Positions 7,028 to 15,439 are shown, counted from the stretch's first letter. The stretch is 24,000 nt of DNA from Candidatus Calditenuaceae archaeon HR02 (GCA_002898395.1 BEHE01000007.1:3631-27630), one strand, 5' to 3'. The notes: a model not told the origin generated them from the letters alone. A program made the numbers and translations.

Positions 7028-8500
7028 ATGCTCTCGCAAATTAGGCTTGAGGATCTGACGTTCTATCCGAGGCTGATGGTTCTCTCCGCTATTGCCTGGT
7101 TCTTCGCGGGCGGAGTAGCCGGGCTCACAATGGTGGTCGCACACCTTACAGGCGCGCTCAGGGTCCCGGACTACAACATGCTCCTCACATTCCACGGACT
7201 GGTGATGCCTTTCGGCGGCTTATTCCAGCTCATGATGGGTCTCTCACTCCTGAGGGCGGGCTTCTGCTACGGCAAACCTGTGAAAGGGGTTCTAGTAAGA
7301 GCCGCATACATCACCCTCAACTTAGGCCTAATCCTACTGCTCGCAGGCATTTTTGCATTCCAAGTGAGAACGAGCTATACTCTAATGTTCCCACTACCGG
7401 CTGCGGGCGTCTTCAAGGGGCTCTGGCCGCTGGAAGGTCTAATAGTTTTTGTGTGGGGCATCATCTTAATACTAGCCGTTAACATCGCCCTATACCCAGC
7501 GGCGCTTGCGAGGCTGATCTTCGGTGGAAAGACACAAGAAGCCCTCGTGCTGGAGAGATTCGTGGGGACTATCAACCCCTCCGGGATGGCAAGCATGCTC
7601 CCCTACATCTTCATCATCCCCCCTCTCGGCTCCGCAATCACCATAGGTGCACTGACAATAGGTCTCGCGCTACTCGGCATAATACCTCTGAGCTCGGCGG
7701 GCTGGGTATTGCAGCCCTTAAACTTCAACTATCCCTTCTGGATCTGGGCCCACAACCTGATGGAGGCGATGGGCATAATGGCTTTGGGCACCGTCTACTG
7801 GCTCACCCCCCGCTATACAGCCGTGTTGGGAAGTTCTGAGGGTGTGGAGCCGAGGCTTTACAGCGAGAAGCTTGGCATCTTAGCGATTATATTCTATTCC
7901 GCCGCAGCGGTAATGGCCTTCCCACACCACCTATTCACAATGCCTACATCCCAGCCGGTGGGGCTTAGCTACACGGGCCAGGTAGCCAGCTGGCTGACAG
8001 GGTTCGGGGCGGCCTTCTCCGTCTTCAACGTACTCGCAACCGCATACGCCTTCGGCCTGAGGCTCACGCCCGCCTCTCTAGCAGCCATGCTCGGGTTTGC
8101 GGTCTACATAGTCGACGGATTCCTCGCGATGCAGCTGGGGACAATCGGCTGGGCGTACAGGCTTCACGGAACCTACGCAGTAACCGCTCACCTCATGACG
8201 ATACTCCTCGCTGTATCTCTAGTCTGGATAGGCGCACTCTATCACAGCTACAGACTCCTCTTCGGCACTGATGTAAACAGGAGGCTCGCATACATCCATA
8301 TCGTGTTGACAGCTGTGGCGGCGCTAGGCCTGTTTTATTTCATGGCCTTTATGGGAGGTTCTGGAGTCCCTAGAAGGGCCTACCCGCTTCCAATAGCCAG
8401 CGATGCAGGAGTGTTGGGTCTTGTGGGCTTTGGAGCAATTCTAGCAGCGGCCCAGACCATCTTCCTATTCCAGCTCTTTAAATCCCTGAAGGCAACATAG
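7028..8500 (+). CDS. divergent heme-copper oxidase superfamily subunit I (NOR-like active-site signature)
   Basis: The start is 1 nt after the subunit II stop. Helix II reads YNMLLTFH56G, helix VI FWIWAH242NLME246, helix VII FPH300H301LF and helix X LH380GTYAVTAH388LM390. This is about 12 TM helices in 490 aa. Confidence 0.85.
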   Translation: MLSQIRLEDLTFYPRLMVLSAIAWFFAGGVAGLTMVVAHLTGALRVPDYNMLLTFHGLVMPFGGLFQLMMGLSLLRAGFCYGKPVKGVLVRAAYITLNLGLILLLAGIFAFQVRTSYTLMFPLPAAGVFKGLWPLEGLIVFVWGIILILAVNIALYPAALARLIFGGKTQEALVLERFVGTINPSGMASMLPYIFIIPPLGSAITIGALTIGLALLGIIPLSSAGWVLQPLNFNYPFWIWAHNLMEAMGIMALGTVYWLTPRYTAVLGSSEGVEPRLYSEKLGILAIIFYSAAAVMAFPHHLFTMPTSQPVGLSYTGQVASWLTGFGAAFSVFNVLATAYAFGLRLTPASLAAMLGFAVYIVDGFLAMQLGTIGWAYRLHGTYAVTAHLMTILLAVSLVWIGALYHSYRLLFGTDVNRRLAYIHIVLTAVAALGLFYFMAFMGGSGVPRRAYPLPIASDAGVLGLVGFGAILAAAQTIFLFQLFKSLKAT

Positions 8501-8549
8501 ACAGGCGCGACATGGTATAGGGCAAACAGTCTGACCCACACTCAACCAC

Positions 8550-9767
8550 TCACTCGAGGCTGTGCATCATCCGGAGTGCCATTACTATGCCGCCCAGATA
8601 TAGGGCAGAGATGGCAATTGTTGCGAGTGGTGTGCCAGGCGACCCGGCTAGGAACCAGGAGACCCTTAGCACGTTGCCGGCGTTGAGAAGGGCTGCAGGG
8701 TATAGTGTGAGGCCGGCGTAAGGGATTCTCGCCGACATTAGTCCAGGCATCAGTATTGGCGCGTAGGCGAGGATCATGTTGCCTATAAACCCGATGGCTA
8801 TAGAGTGTATGTATGCGTCCCTGAGAGTGTACCATAGCGGATGCGCCAGCAGCAGGCTGACCGAACTCGACGCAGATAAGAGACACCCTGCTAAAAGCCA
8901 GATTGACGCAACCCTGTACAGCGCCGAGAAGTATAGATACCTGACCCTATCCCTTTCCCTCATCCGCGCGTACTGCTCGCCTGACTTGACCCGTCTGAGG
9001 GCGTCGACAGAAACCACCCAGACAGCCGATGCCAGCAGATACCCTACGGATGCGGCCAGCTCCAGGGACTCGCTGTGAAGGAGTGCCGCTGCCGAGGCCG
9101 CTGCAGAGGATGCTGTGTGTAGTGGGGTGACCAGCCACCAAGCCCTCCTCCTCAGTTTAGTGTCCACCCGGAAGTGGACCGTCCTTATCCCAACACCCAT
9201 TACCATTCCAGCTGGAGCACCTAAGAGGAGTATCAGTAGTAGGCCTGGTCTGCCGAAGGCATGAGCGCTCTCAAGCTCAGCGAAAATTGTTAGGGCTAAG
9301 GAGAGAGGCATAAGTGTCATCGACGCAGATATGAGTGGGTCGGCTGCGGCCAGAGGGCCGGAGGGCCTACCCAGCGCCCATACGGAATAGAAGGCTGCAG
9401 AGGATGTACCTGCTAGAGCAGCTAGATAGCTGAAGAGCCAGGCCACAGTACCTGGCTCCGCAAAAGTGAAAAACCATACACCTACGGTCATGACTATGAG
9501 GGAAAAGACCCTGAGGCCGAGATAACTCGAGGGTTCCACGTTTTTGAAGCGCTGGACAAGAACCATCGCCACAGAGACTATGAAAACGTAGACGAATCCA
9601 AAGATCATTAGTTTGGGGTGTACCAGTGCTGACGGAGTGAAGGGTAGGGCGCCTGAGAGTGAGAGAAGCCACACCGCACCTAGAACAGCCCCTAGAACGC
9701 CGCTAATTGTTGCAAAAGACACCCCAAGTATGAGTACTAGTCGGGCAGACCGGAGTCTCTGCTCCAA
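8550..9767 (-). CDS. NnrS-like polytopic membrane protein (putative heme/copper protein of the NO-response family)
   Basis: About 12 TM helices in 405 aa. VH50PKLMIFGF resembles the NnrS H-x-H-E-M-x-F-G-F motif. IHSIAIGFIGNMILA resembles the second NnrS motif H-x-x-x-x-G-x-x-G-x-M-I-L-A. The predicted start is TTG, with a TATA-like TTTATTTTAA about 30-38 nt upstream. Confidence 0.5.
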   Translation of the reverse strand: MEQRLRSARLVLILGVSFATISGVLGAVLGAVWLLSLSGALPFTPSALVHPKLMIFGFVYVFIVSVAMVLVQRFKNVEPSSYLGLRVFSLIVMTVGVWFFTFAEPGTVAWLFSYLAALAGTSSAAFYSVWALGRPSGPLAAADPLISASMTLMPLSLALTIFAELESAHAFGRPGLLLILLLGAPAGMVMGVGIRTVHFRVDTKLRRRAWWLVTPLHTASSAAASAAALLHSESLELAASVGYLLASAVWVVSVDALRRVKSGEQYARMRERDRVRYLYFSALYRVASIWLLAGCLLSASSSVSLLLAHPLWYTLRDAYIHSIAIGFIGNMILAYAPILMPGLMSARIPYAGLTLYPAALLNAGNVLRVSWFLAGSPGTPLATIAISALYLGGIVMALRMMHSLE

Positions 9768-9826
9768 AGCCCTGAGAAGTTAGTTCTCGTCGTTAAAATA
9801 AACCTAGACCAACCCGCGTATGGTGT

Positions 9827-9860
9827 GATGCTTCGCCTCCTGAAATCTCGCCTAAGCATC
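9827..9860. promoter_or_regulatory. inverted repeat GATGCTT-N20-AAGCATC in a divergent intergenic region
   Basis: Perfect 7-bp arms read from the sequence. The spacer contains CGCCT twice. It lies between the NnrS-like gene and the C69 peptidase gene. Confidence 0.3.
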
Positions 9861-9929
9861 TGTAAGCGCGGTAGAGTGGGCCAACTATTATTATAAACCT
9901 CTGCTCACTTTTCACTCTAAGGTGTCGTT

Positions 9930-11189
9930 ATGTGTGACATCCTCGTAGCAACGCCTAAGGCTACCAGGGAGAAGGTGATGCTATTCGCAAAAAACTCTGA
10001 CAGAGACCCTAATGAGGCTCAGCTCCTAGAGCTAATCCCTAGGAAGAGGCATGAGGAGGGTGAGGTTAGGCTAACCTACGTCCAATACCCACAGGCGGGG
10101 GAGACGTATTCGATAATTATATCGCGCCCCTGGTGGACGTGGGGTGCTGAAATGGGTGTAAATGAGCTCGGCCTAGCCATAGGGAATACAGCCATCTTTA
10201 GCAGAGAGAAGATCCCCGAGAAGGGAATACTCGGAATGGATATTGTGAGACTGGCCCTAGAGCGTTCTAGAAATTCTGAAGAGGCTTTAAAACTCATAAC
10301 AGAAATCGTGGATAATCAGGGCGGGAGCGGGAGCTACGAGCACAGGCTAATCTACAGCAACTCGTTCATCATAGCGGACCCAAGGGAGGCGTGGGTGCTG
10401 GAGACGGCTGGCCGACACTGGGCCGCCAAGAAAATTGAGGGAGTATATTCAATATCTAATGCGCTGACAATAGAGGATGACTGGGATGTTGCCTCCGAGA
10501 GTGTAGAGAGTCTTGCTAGGAAGGGTGGCTTCAGCTTCGCCAAACACTTCTCCGACAGATTCTACACATACTTCGCCCACGGGAGGGATAGAAGGGCCTT
10601 TACCTATAGGAGGCTTAGGGAGAAGGAAGGCGACATAACAATAGAATACATGATGTCTATTTTGAGGTCTCACTCTCTCGAGCCCTACTCGCCCCATAAA
10701 GGGTCGATGAGAGATGTCTGTATGCACTATGGCGGATTAACGAGGCCGAGTCAGACCGCCGCATCCCAGCTATCTGAGCTGGGAGAGGCAGGAATTCACT
10801 GGTTTACTGGAACATCACTACCTTGCCTAAGCATATTCAAGCCCCTTAACTTTAACACAGAGCCACTTCCCATGGGAGAGAATCCAACAAACAAATACAA
10901 TCCCAACAACTACTGGTGGAGGGTCGAGCGCTTCCACAGGAAGTTCCAAACCAACTACACTCACATGCACCAGTTCTCGATAGAGAGGGATGAGCAGCAA
11001 AGAATGGTGCTGGAGGCTGTCCAAGAATTTAGAGGAGGCGCCGACCTCTCCACGCCCCTCAGACTGGCCTTAGAGAAGGAGAGGGAGCTGATAGAGAGGT
11101 GGGATAAGATGATAACCCCCACCAGACAGCCCTTCCCATACAATATCTGGTGGCGAAAAGTGAACAAACGGGCCCATATTGTAATCTAG
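9930..11189 (+). CDS. C69-family (secernin-like) Ntn-hydrolase dipeptidase
   Basis: Starts M-C-D (catalytic Cys2) followed by FAKNSDRDPNEAQ, the secernin/C69 N-terminal signature. A TATA-like TTATTATAAA lies at 9888-9897. Confidence 0.8.
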   Translation: MCDILVATPKATREKVMLFAKNSDRDPNEAQLLELIPRKRHEEGEVRLTYVQYPQAGETYSIIISRPWWTWGAEMGVNELGLAIGNTAIFSREKIPEKGILGMDIVRLALERSRNSEEALKLITEIVDNQGGSGSYEHRLIYSNSFIIADPREAWVLETAGRHWAAKKIEGVYSISNALTIEDDWDVASESVESLARKGGFSFAKHFSDRFYTYFAHGRDRRAFTYRRLREKEGDITIEYMMSILRSHSLEPYSPHKGSMRDVCMHYGGLTRPSQTAASQLSELGEAGIHWFTGTSLPCLSIFKPLNFNTEPLPMGENPTNKYNPNNYWWRVERFHRKFQTNYTHMHQFSIERDEQQRMVLEAVQEFRGGADLSTPLRLALEKERELIERWDKMITPTRQPFPYNIWWRKVNKRAHIVI

Positions 11190-11190
11190 C

Positions 11191-11215
11191 CTCCTAAATT
11201 CTTCTCTCTTAGGAG
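11191..11215. terminator. hairpin between convergent genes (CTCCTAA-N11-TTAGGAG)
   Basis: Perfect 7-bp stem read from the sequence, with a pyrimidine/T-rich loop, in the 57-nt gap between the C69 and MFS gene ends. A terminator role is inferred only. Confidence 0.25.
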
Positions 11216-11246
11216 TTGAGACATGCCGGCCTAGTCGGTGTGTTTT

Positions 11247-12545
11247 TCAGCCGGGCTGTCCCCTGAGTTTCTCGGCCCTCTCCCTCATCAACCTCCTCAA
11301 CTCGCTGATATCCCTAGGTATAACGAGTGCAAGCACCGTGAAGAAGACTCCACAAACAATCCATGTGGAAGAGGATATGTAGAGTATTCCAAACCCTAGG
11401 CCGTAAACGTCGGCCAGATATCCGGCTATAAGTGGTGCTGTCGACGAGCCTGCGGACTCGAATATAGAGAGGAGAGAGTATGCCGAGCTCCTCGCCTCGG
11501 GCTGTGTTATGTCTGTGACCGATGCGGCTACGTTTGGACCTGCCATCGGCAGAATGAATGAGGTTACCGTCCCCAAAATTATGAACCCATTGACATCTTC
11601 AACGGGCCATGTCAATGTGATGTAGATGGTTAGTGCGGACAGAAACACGACTACTGCACCCACTATCGCGCGCCCACTAGGTATCCTTGAGAAAAGAGCG
11701 TCGCCAATAGCACCTCCAGCGAAATTACCTAAGATCATTACAACCAACCATATGAACATGGCGAAGAGTGCCGTCACTTCATCAAACATTCTCTCCCTCA
11801 ACATGTATGTGAAAACCCACGCTTGGAGTGTTGTCCAGGGAAAAACGCCGAAGAAGCCCTGTAGGCTGAGGAACATCATCGACGGCTTCTTCAGCGGGCC
11901 AAATATTTCTTTAAACCTTATTTTGTATAACTCCTCCTTTATTGTCAGGCCTGTTAGCTCAGGTTCTGAGCTTCCCCTCGGCACATCCTTTACAGCAAAG
12001 TATACGATTGCTGCAGTCAATATGCCTAGGCCCCCAGTTATCAGGAAGAGGAATCTCCAACCATACGCGTAGCCTATCAAGACTCCGAGGGTTGTCCCTA
12101 CCAATGCTCCGGTTGCGCCCGTTGCTCCGATAAGCCCGAGAGGCTTACCCCTTTTCTTCGGGAGGAAGTAGTCGCTTATCAGACTCTCAATGCCGGATGG
12201 AGGTGTGTTGTCTATCCCTGTCAACGTCCTTGTTACAAAGAATTCTGCGAAGCTTCGTGGCAGTGTATTGAGCCATGTAGTGAATCCCCAGATGACGCCT
12301 GCGATGCTTATCAGGAGCCTCCTCGAATACCTGTCAAAGAGATACCCCCAGACAGGGTAGAGAGAAACGGATAGGACGGCGGTGGCCGTTATTAGCGCAC
12401 CGCCATAAACATACGTGATCTGGAACTCGTCCAAGATTTGAGGAAAGACAACCGAGATAACATAGATATCAGCGATGTGAAGAGATTGAAAGATGAACAG
12501 GATAATCGCCACAAACCAAGCATACTTTAAAGAATATTGGGGCAT
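11247..12545 (-). CDS. MFS-family transporter
   Basis: 432 aa with about 12 TM helices. The loop 2-3 motif is GYLFDRYSRRLLI (MFS G-x-L-x-D-R-x-G-R-R type). A TATA-like CTATAAGAA lies about 25-33 nt upstream. Confidence 0.85.
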   Translation of the reverse strand: MPQYSLKYAWFVAIILFIFQSLHIADIYVISVVFPQILDEFQITYVYGGALITATAVLSVSLYPVWGYLFDRYSRRLLISIAGVIWGFTTWLNTLPRSFAEFFVTRTLTGIDNTPPSGIESLISDYFLPKKRGKPLGLIGATGATGALVGTTLGVLIGYAYGWRFLFLITGGLGILTAAIVYFAVKDVPRGSSEPELTGLTIKEELYKIRFKEIFGPLKKPSMMFLSLQGFFGVFPWTTLQAWVFTYMLRERMFDEVTALFAMFIWLVVMILGNFAGGAIGDALFSRIPSGRAIVGAVVVFLSALTIYITLTWPVEDVNGFIILGTVTSFILPMAGPNVAASVTDITQPEARSSAYSLLSIFESAGSSTAPLIAGYLADVYGLGFGILYISSSTWIVCGVFFTVLALVIPRDISELRRLMRERAEKLRGQPG

Positions 12546-12651
12546 ACGCGGACATTAGTGAGCTTCTTATAGTCCTGTATAAGGCTTACCTCACATAATG
12601 CAAACAACATCAAGAGGAGATGGCGTCCCCGCGGCCCGAATTAAATAAAGA

Positions 12652-12822
12652 ATGTCAAAAAAGTATTACCCGAGTAAGTTTTCTAAGTTTAGAAGCATAT
12701 TTAGTATTGAGCTATTAGCTATAGTCAGCGACAATGGAGTTGCCAAACCAACGTTATCAAATGTAATAGCGGAGATTTACCTAGACAATCTTCAGGACGC
12801 TCAGACAAAGTCGGGAGAATAA
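12652..12822 (+). CDS. possible 56-aa ORF (MSKKYYPSKFSKFRSIFSIELLAIVSDNGVAKPTLSNVIAEIYLDNLQDAQTKSGE), helix-turn-helix-like
   Basis: I translated this by hand; it is below the ORF-track size cutoff. It lies in the AT-rich gap. No convincing promoter spacing: TTAAATAAAG abuts the ATG. Confidence 0.25.
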   Translation: MSKKYYPSKFSKFRSIFSIELLAIVSDNGVAKPTLSNVIAEIYLDNLQDAQTKSGE

Positions 12823-13015
12823 GTACAATAGATTATAACATAACAGAACGGCCTTATCAAAAATCAGATAAATACTCATCACCAGCCATGCCTCGGCCTA
12901 GCGGCATAGATAAAAAGCAATCCACCTACCGTATGGATGGGTGCTCTAGCGAGTGAAACATAACGCAGGGGTCTTCAGCCGAAGCGGTGGAGAGAGCCCT
13001 TCACAGTACTTCTCC

Positions 13016-13876
13016 TTATTGGCTGGTTGAAGCCCTACTCCTGATGGGTCGTTTGATGAACGCTGAGGCTACACTGATGGAGTCTAGCGTCTCCCGGATG
13101 TTGTGGGTTCTGACGATGTCGGCTCCCTGGAGTACTGCTATGGTCTCTGCGGCCAACGATCCGGACAGCCTGTCAGCAGGATCTGTCTTTCCCGTTATCT
13201 TGCCTATGAAGCTCTTCCTCGAGCACCCTATCAGTACGGGGCGCCCGAGGGCCTTGACCTCCCCTAGCCTCCTCAGGACCTCGAGGTCGAACTCGTACCA
13301 TTTCAGCGACTTGTGACTCCGGTGGAACCCGATGCCAGGGTCGACGATAAGCATCTCCTCGGACATGCCGGCCTCAAGGGCCAGGGAGATGGAGCCCCTC
13401 AGCATCGACGTTATGCCCACGATGGGATCACCCGACTTGACGTTCCTGGCCATAATAATCAGGGAGGCTCCGCTGTCAACTATATCGCGGATCACACCCT
13501 TCAGATAAGCTAGCCCGTAGACATCATTGACCGCGTCGACTCCGAGTCTCAGCCCTTCGAGGACTGGCTTCGGCCTGAAGGAGTCGAGTGAGATTGGGAG
13601 GTCCGTCACTTCTCTTACAGCCTTCAGGGCCATCCTGACTCTCTCGACCTCTAGGTCCTCATCTATCCAGGTCTCGAGGTAGGGGGCGGACGACATAGCG
13701 CCTATGTCAATGAGGTCGGCGCCTTCCTCCTCCATCTCAGCAGCGGCCCTTGATACTTCCTCAGGAGTTAATCTCACGGAGCCCTTGTAGAAGGACTCGG
13801 GGCTGACATTGATGACTCCCATAACCCTGACGGGGAGTCCTTCGCCGATCTCAAGCCCTCCTATCCTCGCCTTCAC
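13016..13876 (-). CDS. folP: dihydropteroate synthase (pterin-binding domain)
   Basis: VMGVINVSPESFYKGS, ADLIDIGAMSS, SLDSF and NDV motifs match DHPS. The predicted start is GTG. Confidence 0.85.
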   Translation of the reverse strand: MKARIGGLEIGEGLPVRVMGVINVSPESFYKGSVRLTPEEVSRAAAEMEEEGADLIDIGAMSSAPYLETWIDEDLEVERVRMALKAVREVTDLPISLDSFRPKPVLEGLRLGVDAVNDVYGLAYLKGVIRDIVDSGASLIIMARNVKSGDPIVGITSMLRGSISLALEAGMSEEMLIVDPGIGFHRSHKSLKWYEFDLEVLRRLGEVKALGRPVLIGCSRKSFIGKITGKTDPADRLSGSLAAETIAVLQGADIVRTHNIRETLDSISVASAFIKRPIRSRASTSQ

Positions 13877-14063
13877 GTAGGATAAATTCTGTTAGACGCG
13901 TATTTCGGGCTTACCATACAGCTCAGAGGCACTATTAGACTCGGAGTTTGTCAAGGACTTGGGGACGATTATTAAAGCAAATCCCTACTCTACATAGAGC
14001 CTGTCAAGTCAGCATAAAGTAATGCAAGGCCTCGCCTTTACAAAATCCGTACGCACCCTTTTT

Positions 14064-14370
14064 GGGGGCGTGCGGCCCGTAGCCCTCCTTCTGTTTTAGG
14101 CGGGATTGGTCTTCTCGGCTCTCCGCGGGCCTCGCCGGCGCTTCTCATCGGCCCGGCGCGCCTTTCCCCGTCAGGGTCGCCCGTTTCATCCATTCTCCAC
14201 CACTCGTCGCCGCCTCTGGTTGGCGGGTCAACCTCATCTGCGGTGGAGGGGTCTCGTTTCTGTGGCGTTGCCGTGGGTCTCCCCGCCCACCTCGCGGTGG
14301 CTGACTGCACCGGTTGGGGGGAGGAACTTCCTCGGGAGCTACCCCGTGGCCCGCCCGGCCGCTCGCCCCC
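14064..14370 (-). ncRNA. rnpB: RNase P RNA, archaeal type A
   Basis: On the minus strand the 5' GGGGGCG(AGC)GGCC pairs with the 3' GGCCGCACGCCCCC to form P1. Other matches are CR-I-like GAGGAAGUUCC, GCCACAGAAACG, GAUGAAACGG, the AGNNNNAU element AGACCAAU and CR-V-like ACAGAAGGAGGGCUACGG. It is about 307 nt and very GC-rich relative to its flanks. Confidence 0.85.
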
Positions 14371-14393
14371 AATAAAGAAGATGGGCGGGGAAG

Positions 14394-14403
14394 GGTTTAT
14401 TCC
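14394..14403 (-). promoter_or_regulatory. TATA-like box (GGAATAAACC) for RNase P RNA, overlapping the xdhC-like stop codon
   Basis: Centred about 29 nt upstream of the inferred RNA 5' end at 14370. The TAA stop of the upstream CDS is 14397-14399. Confidence 0.35.
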
Positions 14404-15323
14404 TTGTCTTTGAGGGCAGTGGTGGTGCTGTCGCAAGATACGTTACTTAGAGATATTGCTGTCTCGGTCTCCTGGCTTGTCTGGGTCAGGCCGGCCTCGG
14501 CCTTCCTGGCCACAGGTACACCCCTAATTCTCGCCACCACCTCGGCCAATATTGAAAGAGCTATCTCCTCCGGCATCTTCGCGCCTATATCGATACCCGC
14601 GGGCGAGCTTATCCTTGCTATGAACTCTTCACGCACCCCCCTCTCCCTGAGAAGCTCCAGATTCCGCAGAGCCCTCTTCCTACTGGCCATCAGCCCCAAA
14701 TAGAGTGGTGTCTTCCCCGAGATGGCCTCGAGGACCTTAACATCCCTCTCCCCCTTAGTCAAGACTACGACGCAGTCCCGGGGCCCTATCTCCAGTTTGG
14801 AGAGGTCGAAGTCTATATCTGATATCAGCCTGTCAGGCTCCGCCTCCAACATAGGCATAGGGTCGATGACCCAGACCTCGAAGCCTAGGATCTTCCCAAT
14901 CCTGACCAGGGCCTCCTCCACATCATCCTTCCCTCCCTGGCCTATGATGAATAGACGCCTCGCAGGCGTAATCGGGTCGACAAAGATCTCCATAGTACCT
15001 CCACAGAAGGTCTCGACGAATATCTCATCCCTGCTACCCGAGGTGGCCATACCCCTCACAGCCTCCTCTGTGCTCTCGAGATGCACCTTAACCAGCCTAG
15101 GCTCCTCCTCCCTTATACACTCTAATGCTATAGAGATGATAGGGCCCTCTGGACAGACTCCCCCCAGAGTCCCATAGACAATCTCCCCCTTATCATCAAC
15201 CACCATTTTAAACCCTGGCTTCCCCAGGCTTGAGCCGGAAACCCGAACAACCGTAGCGACAGCATAAGGGCGCCGCTCAGCCTCAAGCCTAGAGAGAGCC
15301 TCACCCAGAGACCTATATGGCAT
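14397..15323 (-). CDS. XdhC/CoxI-family accessory protein (N-terminal XdhC domain plus Rossmann-like domain)
   Basis: The N-terminus ...RRPYAVATVVRVSGSSLGKPGFKMVV ... GGVCPEG is typical of XdhC. The central region is LFIIGQGGKD Rossmann-like. Confidence 0.8.
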   Translation of the reverse strand: MPYRSLGEALSRLEAERRPYAVATVVRVSGSSLGKPGFKMVVDDKGEIVYGTLGGVCPEGPIISIALECIREEEPRLVKVHLESTEEAVRGMATSGSRDEIFVETFCGGTMEIFVDPITPARRLFIIGQGGKDDVEEALVRIGKILGFEVWVIDPMPMLEAEPDRLISDIDFDLSKLEIGPRDCVVVLTKGERDVKVLEAISGKTPLYLGLMASRKRALRNLELLRERGVREEFIARISSPAGIDIGAKMPEEIALSILAEVVARIRGVPVARKAEAGLTQTSQETETAISLSNVSCDSTTTALKDKE

Positions 15324-15439
15324 CTCTAAATCTCTATTTTCTCAAAAAGGCCCCCGGTATATAAATTCCAGCCCACACAACATTTGTATGGATGCCGTGT
15401 CACACAGCCTTTTCACCAGTTAATATCGGTGGATAAAGG

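Noticed and set aside
12840-12885. C/D-box sRNA-like pattern on the minus strand (GUGAUGA ... CUGA ... UGAUAA)
   Set aside because: The C-to-D' spacer is 8 nt rather than about 12, there is no terminal CUGA D box at the expected distance, and there is no terminal stem.
12953-12972. Sequence GTGAAACATAACGCAGGGGT, faintly resembling an archaeal origin recognition box (GGAAA ... GGGG)
   Set aside because: It is a single copy with roughly half the positions matching. There is no inverted partner across the AT-rich stretch and no orc1/cdc6 gene nearby.
14038-14703. Four overlapping track ORFs (14038..14436 -, 14106..14375 +, 14145..14372 -, 14314..14703 +) with Arg/Pro/Gly-rich translations
   Set aside because: They cover the GC-rich RNase P RNA (14064-14370) and the 3' end of the XdhC-like gene. 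Their low-complexity composition and their presence in several frames on both strands are typical of spurious ORFs in structured GC-rich RNA genes.
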